A stretch of DNA of 55,085 nt from Clostridia bacterium (GTDB lineage Bacteria > Bacillota > Clostridia > Oscillospirales > RGIG8002), in the NCBI GenBank assembly GCA_017616855.1, contig JAFZXI010000033.1, forward strand, positions 1 through 55,085, written 5' to 3'. Both the position numbers and the translations under genes were made by a program. This document shows, in pieces, positions 8,968-16,472 of the stretch. The notes below the pieces were generated by a model, which had not been told where the DNA came from, searched no databases, and saw only the letters and a program-made list of their open reading frames with translations. Numbering within the stretch: the stretch's first letter is position 1; every line of letters begins with the position of its first letter.

Positions 8968-10005
8968 TTATTCCTTATACGCGCCGTCCTCGAAGGCGGC
9001 GATGGTGAATATCTTAGTCGTGTATTCCTCCGGCGAGGCCTCGTGCAGCGTGATGAGGCGGCAGCCGCGTATCATATCGTCGCCGTAGGAGGCGAATGAC
9101 GCGCCGGGGCATTGGATTATATCTATGCCGCCGGTTTTGCCGATGAAGGCGTTGGCGTGGTCGTGCCCGACAGCGACGCCGATTACGCCGCCGAGCGAAG
9201 CGAGGACTTCCGTCTCGCCGCTGTTCACGGTCGGCGGACACGGGAACTCGCCGAGGTAGCCCTCGGCTTTGTCGTTCAGGCGCAGGGCGTAGTTTTTGCC
9301 GCCGTACGCCTTCGTGCCGTCGGTGCCGGCGGGAAGCGTGCTTTCGACCAGCAGGTCAAAGCCCTCGGGCGGGATTATATGCTGAAACACCATAGACGGT
9401 ATGACGCCGTCCGCGTTATACTCAGCGGCGGTCTTCTTCATCCACTCGAGCTGGTCCTCGTGGACGTGGTCGTATCCGCCGTAGACGGAGTCGTAGTTTC
9501 CGGAATCGATCATCCAGAGGATGAAAGCGGTGCGGCTGCCGTCGGACGACTTGACTTCTATCGTGCAGTTGCCGACGCCGGCGATATCCGGCGCGGCGTC
9601 GACTGTGCGGCAGTCGCCGATGCTCTCGTAAACCTCGGTCATGACCTCTTTTGTCATGCCGTATTCGTCGTCGTGGTTGCCGTAGACGTAGGCGTAAGGC
9701 ACTCCGCGCTCGACGAGCGGAGCGAGCAGCGCTTCCGCCCCCCTGCGGAACTTAGACTTCCCGCCCTCGATGACGTTGTCGCCGAGAAGCACGACGAGGT
9801 CGGGCTCGTTCAGGTCGAGCATGGCGGTTATGAAATCCATCATGCGCCCGTCCGGCTTTTCGCCGTCCTGGCAGTCGGCGAGGACGAGTATTTTGAACTC
9901 ACCGTTTGAGTTGAACTTCAAGTCGGGTCTCTCTCCTTTCGCGCAGCCGGAGAAAACGGCGAGCGCAATTATCAGCGAAAGCAGCAGCGCGAGCGTGCGT
10001 CTCAT
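8968..10005 (-). CDS. metallophosphoesterase lipoprotein (calcineurin-like)
   Basis: Lipobox AVFSGC. Motifs LLGDNV, GNHDDEYG and GHDHAN. Confidence 0.8.
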   Translation of the reverse strand: MRRTLALLLSLIIALAVFSGCAKGERPDLKFNSNGEFKILVLADCQDGEKPDGRMMDFITAMLDLNEPDLVVLLGDNVIEGGKSKFRRGAEALLAPLVERGVPYAYVYGNHDDEYGMTKEVMTEVYESIGDCRTVDAAPDIAGVGNCTIEVKSSDGSRTAFILWMIDSGNYDSVYGGYDHVHEDQLEWMKKTAAEYNADGVIPSMVFQHIIPPEGFDLLVESTLPAGTDGTKAYGGKNYALRLNDKAEGYLGEFPCPPTVNSGETEVLASLGGVIGVAVGHDHANAFIGKTGGIDIIQCPGASFASYGDDMIRGCRLITLHEASPEEYTTKIFTIAAFEDGAYKE

Positions 10006-12746
10006 ACGGCTTCCTCATTCCTGCGCTTTTTGCGGCGCGCGATGACGATATCCGCGGCGAGATACGCCGCGAACACGCCCGCGGCGGCGGCGGAAACCTT
10101 CAGACCGGTGAAGAAACCGGGGCTGACGTATTTGAACTCTACGGTGTGCTCGCCTTCGCCGACGAGCACCGCCATGAAGCTGATATTCACGCGCTCGATT
10201 TCGGTTTCGACGCCGTCGACGTAGGCGGTCCAGCCCGCGTCGTACGGGATCGAATAGAAGACGTAGTTTTCACGCTCCATATCGATGACCGAGGTGAAGG
10301 AGTTTTTGCCGAACTCCCAGCTCTTCGACGCGGTCTTCGCGCGGTTCGCAACGTTCTGCTCCATGGATATTTCGGTATATGACAGCGTATAGAACGGCGC
10401 GACGTTCATGTAATCGGAGAAGTAATCGAGGCGGTCGTCGTCTATCACCATCGCGGCGAGCAGGATATTCGCCTTCGAGGTATCGGTGAGCGAATCGTAG
10501 TCCGCGCGCGGTATCGCGTTTTCATAGCAGAAGCCCATCGGCAGGAACATCGTGTTTTCCCAGATATCGAAGGTGCCTATCTCGCCGACGTAGGTCAGCC
10601 AGGCGCGGTCCTCGAAGAGCGAGCGCTGCTTATCGTCGTCCAGCACGTAGCGGACGGACAGCAGCGAGCGCAGCGCCCCGTATTCTATCGGGACGGCGGT
10701 CGCGACGTCGCGCTTTATTCCCAGCGAGGTATAGAACTCGATGGTCGAGGTCGGGACTACGCTGTGGAAGCTCGAAAGTCCCGGCGTGTGCATGAATATC
10801 GACAGATTGCGGACGCCGTCGTAGTTCTCGAGGCGGCTGTTTTCCATGCCTTCGAGCTGAATATTGACGTCTGCGTTGAGGTAGTTTTTATTGTAAAAGT
10901 CGGGCGAGAACGCCTTGGAATAGCCCATCTGCTCGTAGAAGGTCCAGGCGAGGAACGCGAAGAGGCAGGTCAGCGCGAGCACGGCGATGCCGTATCGCTT
11001 TTTTGACGACCATTTGATGATGAACTCCTGGCGTTTGCCCGTCTTCTTGCGGCGGCGCTTTTTCGCGGGGGCCGGCTCCCCTGTGCAAGGGGAGCTGTCG
11101 AGGGCGGCGCAGCCGTCCGAGACTGAGGGGTTGTCCTCGTCGGGCGTTTCGGCAGCGTCAAATTCGGGCATCGGCTCTTCGGAATCCGACAACCCCTCCG
11201 TCGGCTCCGCCGACACCTCCCCTTGCACAGGGGAGGCCTCCTCACGGTTGCTTTCTTCCGCTTCCTCCGTCTTCTTCGGCTCGGGCAGCTCAAACGCGGC
11301 GGCGGTGCCGTCGGGAGCGTCTTCCTCCTCGCAGTCGCGCAGGTACATCGGGCGCATGATGCGCGTCAGCAGTATCACGACCGCGACGCAGAGCGCGAAG
11401 AAGAATACGTAAAGCCAGAAGCGGTCGGGGTATTGCTCAAGCCCTTTGAAGACGTCGCCGGCGTCCTCGATCTTCGAGAAGTTCGACGGGTTTATCAGCA
11501 CCCAGACGACGCCGGAAAGCCCGACCGGAAGCGCTATCGCGGCTCCGGCTATTATAGTGCCCTTGATGCCCGCCTTCCAGTTGGTGTCGCGGCGGTCGAG
11601 CGCGATAGCCGTCGCCATCGCCATGAAGAGTATCGCCATGTACCACCAACGCGTATAGTAATTCGACTTGAAAAGCAGGAACACCGAGTTGAACAGCGGC
11701 ACGAACGAGCATACGCAGCAGAGCACGAGCAGCATCGAGAGCCAGTCGCGCTTATGCTGCTTTTTCGTGCGCAGGTACGCCCACACGCCCGTTATAGAGA
11801 ACAGCGGCAGCCATGCGGACGTAGAAGTCCAGTTCGGGATCCAGGAATCGCTTCCGCGGTGGAAGAAGTTGAGGTCGCCGGGTATCTCCGCGGGGAAGAT
11901 CATGCCGCGCGCGAGCTCGAAATACCGCTTCGTCGCGGAGAAGAACCACATATAGTAGTTATTGTTATACGCCTCGTTCGCGCGCGGGAAATCCGAGAGC
12001 GCGACGAGCGTCGGATACAGAATGAAGGTCGCCATCAGCAGACCGAGCACCGCTTCGACCGCCGCGCGGCAGAGGTTTTTGAACGAGAACTTCAGGTCCT
12101 TCGATATCAGCCGCAGGATATAGTAGATGATTGTGAACACCGCGACGCCGGGCAGGAAGAAGTAGCTGTAAAGCGTGCTCCAGAAGACCATAAACCCGAG
12201 CCAGCCGCGTTTTCCCTTCTCTATGCAGGCGTCGAACGCGAGGATCAGGAACGGGAAAAACGCCACTACGTCGTGGAAATGGTTGAAAACGAGGTTGAAC
12301 ATCTGGAAACCGGAGAAAGCGTAGAGTATGCCTCCGGTCATCGCGAAGTATTTGTTGCTGACGCGTTTCTTTATCAGCAGGTACGCGCCCATCGCCGCGA
12401 GCGCTATCTTCAGGCAGTAAAGCGGTCCTATCAGATAGGTCGTCCAGTTCGACGGGAAAAGCAGAGTTATCAGGAAAAACGGACTTCCGAGCAGATAGAA
12501 GGAATAGGAACCGATGGTGTTGACACCCATATCGGTGCTCCAGTTCCAGAAAAACTCGCCGTTATGTATCGCGCGGTTGATCTCGCGGTAAAACGGTATC
12601 TGCTGAAGCTGGAAATCTCCGAAAAACAGCTGATAGCCGCCCGTCATTATCATTACAGGCAAAAACACCGACAGCGCCACTCCCGCGGCAAGCAGGAAGA
12701 CGGTCAGCGCGTCATGTTTTGAAAAGAACGACTTTTTCAGCAGCAT
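10002..12746 (-). CDS. YfhO-family polytopic membrane protein (putative glycosyltransferase) with an inserted low-complexity loop
   Basis: 914 aa, many N-terminal TM segments. FGDFQLQQIPFYREI is a YfhO-like N-terminal motif. Large C-terminal extracytoplasmic domain. 4-nt overlap with the downstream gene. Confidence 0.7.
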   Translation of the reverse strand: MLLKKSFFSKHDALTVFLLAAGVALSVFLPVMIMTGGYQLFFGDFQLQQIPFYREINRAIHNGEFFWNWSTDMGVNTIGSYSFYLLGSPFFLITLLFPSNWTTYLIGPLYCLKIALAAMGAYLLIKKRVSNKYFAMTGGILYAFSGFQMFNLVFNHFHDVVAFFPFLILAFDACIEKGKRGWLGFMVFWSTLYSYFFLPGVAVFTIIYYILRLISKDLKFSFKNLCRAAVEAVLGLLMATFILYPTLVALSDFPRANEAYNNNYYMWFFSATKRYFELARGMIFPAEIPGDLNFFHRGSDSWIPNWTSTSAWLPLFSITGVWAYLRTKKQHKRDWLSMLLVLCCVCSFVPLFNSVFLLFKSNYYTRWWYMAILFMAMATAIALDRRDTNWKAGIKGTIIAGAAIALPVGLSGVVWVLINPSNFSKIEDAGDVFKGLEQYPDRFWLYVFFFALCVAVVILLTRIMRPMYLRDCEEEDAPDGTAAAFELPEPKKTEEAEESNREEASPVQGEVSAEPTEGLSDSEEPMPEFDAAETPDEDNPSVSDGCAALDSSPCTGEPAPAKKRRRKKTGKRQEFIIKWSSKKRYGIAVLALTCLFAFLAWTFYEQMGYSKAFSPDFYNKNYLNADVNIQLEGMENSRLENYDGVRNLSIFMHTPGLSSFHSVVPTSTIEFYTSLGIKRDVATAVPIEYGALRSLLSVRYVLDDDKQRSLFEDRAWLTYVGEIGTFDIWENTMFLPMGFCYENAIPRADYDSLTDTSKANILLAAMVIDDDRLDYFSDYMNVAPFYTLSYTEISMEQNVANRAKTASKSWEFGKNSFTSVIDMERENYVFYSIPYDAGWTAYVDGVETEIERVNISFMAVLVGEGEHTVEFKYVSPGFFTGLKVSAAAAGVFAAYLAADIVIARRKKRRNEEAV
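11074..11238. repeat. 165-bp inverted-repeat element lying in-frame inside yfhO
   Basis: Left arm ggctcccctgtgcaaggggag...gaggggttgtc (11074-11135). Right arm gacaacccctcc...ctccccttgcacaggggaggcc (11188-11238). The arms are reverse complements. A third single unit lies at 33010-33058. Confidence 0.75.
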
Positions 12747-12761
12747 AGTGCCTCCGATTAC

Positions 12762-12937
12762 GCGCGCTTCGCGCGCATGATTTGCATGCTGCGCATGCGT
12801 TCGGGAATAAATCGCCTCCGGCGATTTGAATGAAAATGTCGCACAAAGCGCGACAAATCATGATTGCGAAGCAATCAAATCATGGCGAAGCCAAATCATG
12901 CCGCTGAAAGCGGCAAATCACGCACGGCATCGCCGTG
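12762..12937. repeat. hairpin/linker array 1 (variable GC hairpins + CAAATCATG-type linkers)
   Basis: gcgcgc-ttc-gcgcgc CATGATTTG; catgc-tgc-gcatg; centre aaatcgcc-tccg-gcgattt + GAATGAAAATG; gtcgc..gcgac AAATCATG; attgc-gaa-gcaat CAAATCATG; ggc-gaa-gcc AAATCATG; ccgc-tgaaa-gcgg CAAATCACG; cacggc-atc-gccgtg. Confidence 0.85.
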
Positions 12938-13705
12938 CTATTCTTCTATTCCGAAAAATCTCAGCGCGTTATTGAAGGTTATCTCCGCGAGCTCTTCGAC
13001 GGAAACGCCCTTGACCTCCGCCATCTTTTCGGCGACGAAGCGGACGTATTTCGGCTCGTTGCGCTCGCCGCGGTGCGGCTCCGGCGCCATATACGGACCG
13101 TCGGTCTCTATCATCAGCCGCTCGAGCGGCACGGCGGCGCACGCCTCGCGGACGCGTGGGGCGTTCTTGAAGGTCAGCACGCCGGTGAAGGAAACGTGGA
13201 AACCCATATTCACGTACTCGCGCGCGGTCTCGGCGCTGCCGCCGAAGCAGTGCACCACGCCGCGCTTTACGCCGCTCGCCTTTACGAGCTCGAGCGTTTC
13301 CGCGCAGGCGTCGCGCGAGTGGATTATCACGGGCAGGTCCGCTTCCCTGACCAGCTCGAGCTGGCGCGCGAAGGCGCGGCGCTGCGTTTCGCGGTCCGGC
13401 TCGTCATAGTGGTAATCGAGCCCGATCTCGCCTATCGCGACCGTCTTCGGCTTCGCCGCGAGACGAAGCAGCTCGGCGCAGTCCTCCTCGGAAAAACCGA
13501 CGACCTCCGACGGATGCACGCCTACGGCGGCGTAGACGAAGGGGTACTTCTCGCTCAGCTCGACCGCCGCCCTCGACTCCTCCATGCTCGCGGATGGGTT
13601 GAGGATAAGCTCCACGCCCTCGGCGGCGAGTCCGCGCAGGAGCTCGTCGCGGTCCGGGTCGTAGCGCGGATCGTCCATATGTACGTGGGTGTCAAATAAC
13701 CTCAT
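12938..13705 (-). CDS. tatD: TatD-family metal-dependent hydrolase/DNase
   Basis: MRLFDTHVHMDD..., internal IGEIGLDYHY, HSRDA and ETDGPYM motifs of the TatD family. Confidence 0.85.
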   Translation of the reverse strand: MRLFDTHVHMDDPRYDPDRDELLRGLAAEGVELILNPSASMEESRAAVELSEKYPFVYAAVGVHPSEVVGFSEEDCAELLRLAAKPKTVAIGEIGLDYHYDEPDRETQRRAFARQLELVREADLPVIIHSRDACAETLELVKASGVKRGVVHCFGGSAETAREYVNMGFHVSFTGVLTFKNAPRVREACAAVPLERLMIETDGPYMAPEPHRGERNEPKYVRFVAEKMAEVKGVSVEELAEITFNNALRFFGIEE

Positions 13706-13709
13706 GGCG

Positions 13710-15281
13710 TTACTCTTTATCGGCGAAAATCTCCGCGAGCAGTTTCTCCTCGTCTATGCGGGCGAAGAGTATGCCGCAGTCCTCGAGCTCGGTGCCGGTC
13801 TGGAGCTGGCCGAAGCTCTCGAGGCGGTTCCAGTCCGCCTTGCAGTCGAATATCGACAGTATCTTTTCCGACGTCGCGGGCATGAACGGAGCGAGCAGCA
13901 CCGCGGCGTGACGTATCGTTTCGAGCAGGTTGTAGATGACGACGCCGAGGCGTTCGCGGCCTTCGTCGGTCTTGGCGAGCACCCAGGGGGCGGTCTCGTC
14001 GATGTACTTGTTCGCCCTGCCGAGCAGTTCGAAGACGGCGTCGACGGCGTCGGCGACGCGCAGCTCGTCCATCTTCTCGCAGACGGTGTGCGCGGTGTTG
14101 CGGCAGGCGGCGATCAGCTCGTCGTCCACCGGCTCGCCCGCGAGGATCGGGGTGGGCGTTTCGCCGCCGAAATACTTTTTCGTCATCGCGACGGTGCGGC
14201 TGACGAGGTTGCCGAGGTTGTTCGCCAGCTCGGTATTGTATTTGCGTATGACCGCTTCGTAGGTTATCGTGCCGTCGGCGTTGTAGGGCATCTCGCTGAG
14301 CAGGTAGAGGCGGACGCCGTCGACGGTGAAGTATTTGCAGAGCTCGTCGGCGTAGATGGTGTTGCCCTTCGACTTGCTCATCTTGTCGGTGCCGTTGAGC
14401 AGCCACGGATGACCGAAGACCTGCTTCGGAAGCGGCTCGCCGAGCGCCATCAGAATGATGGGCCAGTAAATGGTATGGAAGCGCAGGATATCCTTGCCGA
14501 TAACGTGGATATCCGCGGGCCAGTATTTCTTATACTTCTCGCCCTGCTTATCCTTGTCGACGTCGTAGCCGAGGGCGGTGATGTAGTTCGAGAGCGCGTC
14601 GATCCAGACGTAGACGACGTGGCCGGGGTCAAACTCGACCGGTACGCCCCAGGAGAAGGACGTGCGCGAAACGCAGAGGTCGTTCAGTCCGGGCAGCAGG
14701 AAGTTGTTGACCATCTCCTTGCGGCGGCTTTCCGGCATGATGAACTCCGGGTGCTCCTCGATGTGCTTTATGAGGCGGTCGGCGTATTTGCTCATACGGA
14801 AGAAGTACGCTTCCTCCTTCGCCTCGACGACGGCGCCGCCGCAGTCGGGGCATTTGCCGTCGACGAGCTGGCTGTCGGTATAGTAGGTCTCGCAGGCGAC
14901 GCAGTATTTGCCGGAGTATTCGCCCTTGTAGATGTCGCCCTGCTTATAGAGCTTGGTGAATATCTCGGAGACTACGCGCTCGTGGTCGGGATCGGTGGTG
15001 CGGATGAACTTATCGTAGCTCGTGTTCATCAGGTCCCACGTCTCGCGGACCTCGCCGGCGACGCGGTCGACGTATTCCTTCGGCGCGATGCCGGCGGCTT
15101 CGGCGGCTTCCTGGATCTTGACGCCGTGCTCGTCGGTGCCGGTAAGGAAAAAGACGTCCTTGCCGCGCAGGCGGTTATAACGCGCGATTGCGTCGGTGAA
15201 CACCGCTTCGTAGGTGTTGCCGATATGCGGCTTGCGCGAGGTGTAAGCTATTGCCGTGGTGATGTAAAACTTTTCGTTCAT
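13710..15281 (-). CDS. metG: methionine--tRNA ligase
   Basis: HIGN (PHIGNTYEAV) and KMSKSKGN class-I signatures, plus a CxxC...CPDC knuckle. Start placed at MNEKFYIT (AGAGG 10 nt upstream). The ATG at 15290 is an alternative. Confidence 0.9.
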   Translation of the reverse strand: MNEKFYITTAIAYTSRKPHIGNTYEAVFTDAIARYNRLRGKDVFFLTGTDEHGVKIQEAAEAAGIAPKEYVDRVAGEVRETWDLMNTSYDKFIRTTDPDHERVVSEIFTKLYKQGDIYKGEYSGKYCVACETYYTDSQLVDGKCPDCGGAVVEAKEEAYFFRMSKYADRLIKHIEEHPEFIMPESRRKEMVNNFLLPGLNDLCVSRTSFSWGVPVEFDPGHVVYVWIDALSNYITALGYDVDKDKQGEKYKKYWPADIHVIGKDILRFHTIYWPIILMALGEPLPKQVFGHPWLLNGTDKMSKSKGNTIYADELCKYFTVDGVRLYLLSEMPYNADGTITYEAVIRKYNTELANNLGNLVSRTVAMTKKYFGGETPTPILAGEPVDDELIAACRNTAHTVCEKMDELRVADAVDAVFELLGRANKYIDETAPWVLAKTDEGRERLGVVIYNLLETIRHAAVLLAPFMPATSEKILSIFDCKADWNRLESFGQLQTGTELEDCGILFARIDEEKLLAEIFADKE

Positions 15282-15306
15282 ATTATTCATACCTCTTTCG
15301 GTAATT

Positions 15307-16176
15307 TTATTCAACTGTGTATTCAATGTTCTCTTCTTCGGCGGATCCGCCGCCGGTCATGATCTCGTCGGCGTAGGTCGCGTAGCACATCGACGCGAAC
15401 GGCGCGACTATTATCGTTCCCGCTCCGTAGCAGAGCAGATACGACAGCAGCACGAACGGAAGCAGCGAAAGCTGAAAGACAAGCAGCCCTCCTGACTGCC
15501 CGCGCATTCGCTCCTTGCTTTCGCGCGTCGCGGCGACGGCGGAGATGTCGCCCTCCGCGTAAATATACGGCGCGAGGAACAGGCGGTTCGTCACGAAGAT
15601 GAACAGCACCGCGCAGGCGATCGCCGTTACGACGCCGAAGCTCATCAGCATACCGGCGAGGCCTTCTTTGCCCTGCCCGTAGATGAGCGATCCGCCCACC
15701 GCCATGCCGAGGGGAGCGGCGAAAATCAGCGCGCCCCATTTGAGATAATGCAGGCCGGTGTAAACGTATATCCAGAGCGAGCGGCCTATCGCCTTGAAAG
15801 AGCCGTATTCGTTCAACGCGTAGCCGATTTGCTTCGGGTTTCCCTTGACGACGGCGACGTGCCACTTCAGCGTTCCGAAGCGGAGCGGAGCCGCGATGAT
15901 AAAGCTTACCAGCAGACCGCCGGCGAACACCGCGAGCATCTTGACCACCGCGAAGCGGTCGGCGAGAAGCTCTTTGAAATAGGCGTCTATCGCCTCCGTC
16001 GAGATGAGCTGCGAAGCGGTTATAAGCTTTATGCCCAGGGCGTTATAGACCGCGGTCTGCAGGTAACTTACCGCGAAGGTGATGACCTCCGCGAGCAGCG
16101 CGAGCAGCATGGCGGGCAGAAAACGCCCCATCAGGCGCATTATTGCTTTTCTTCTAACGAGGGATCTGTTTACCAT
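15307..16176 (-). CDS. multi-pass membrane protein (DUF975-like)
   Basis: Start trimmed to MVNRSLVRRKAIMRL (AAAGGAAAA SD about 8 nt upstream). 5-6 TM segments. The family assignment is tentative. Confidence 0.6.
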   Translation of the reverse strand: MVNRSLVRRKAIMRLMGRFLPAMLLALLAEVITFAVSYLQTAVYNALGIKLITASQLISTEAIDAYFKELLADRFAVVKMLAVFAGGLLVSFIIAAPLRFGTLKWHVAVVKGNPKQIGYALNEYGSFKAIGRSLWIYVYTGLHYLKWGALIFAAPLGMAVGGSLIYGQGKEGLAGMLMSFGVVTAIACAVLFIFVTNRLFLAPYIYAEGDISAVAATRESKERMRGQSGGLLVFQLSLLPFVLLSYLLCYGAGTIIVAPFASMCYATYADEIMTGGGSAEEENIEYTVE

Positions 16177-16243
16177 CGATGTTTTCCTTTTTACCGTGTC
16201 TTTTCCGCAGCGCGGGTACAATGAGGCATAATATACAGTATAT

Positions 16244-16272
16244 ATTGTATCACATACGGATAGAATTAGCAA
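16244..16272 (-). promoter_or_regulatory. sigma-A type promoter for the DUF975-metG-tatD(-yfhO...) transcription unit
   Basis: Minus strand reads TTGCTA - 17 nt - TACAAT with an extended TG (tgaTACAAT). About 60 nt upstream of the start codon. Confidence 0.6.
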
Positions 16273-16302
16273 GAAAAAGTTGCGCCGCCCTTTTCGCACG
16301 AT

Positions 16303-16334
16303 AAAAAACACATCCCCTCGTAAAAGGGGATGTG
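16303..16334 (-). terminator. rho-independent terminator of the 911-aa gene
   Basis: 10-bp stem cacatcccct / aggggatgtg with a 6-nt loop, followed on the minus strand by TTTTTTAT. Confidence 0.8.
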
Positions 16335-16418
16335 ATACAAGTCATTTACGCGAGCTCCTGCCGCGCCATTACGGGAAGCAGTGATACGCCAAGCGACGCC
16401 TGCCGTCCGCTGACGGTG

Positions 16419-16463
16419 TGGGATCCTTCTGCTCGCGGGCTGCGCCCGCTCCGCTCAGGATGA
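16419..16463. repeat. GGGATCCTTC-[hairpin]-CGCTCAGGATGA element, copy A (3' UTR)
   Basis: gtgggatccttctgctcgcgggctgcgcccgctccgctcaggatga. Homologous to copies at 19107 and 40607. Confidence 0.7.
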
Positions 16464-16472
16464 CGGCGTCTC

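Noticed and set aside
12864-13409. ORFs initiating inside the arrays: 12864-13409, 19329-20501, 38603-39583, 48260-48532, 51282-51581 and 51556-51792
   Set aside because: Their N-terminal parts are translations of the repeat units (QIMAKPNH, KSCKS, RRRRKSWR...). The remainder is antisense to real genes. Unit length is not a multiple of 3, and there is no SD.
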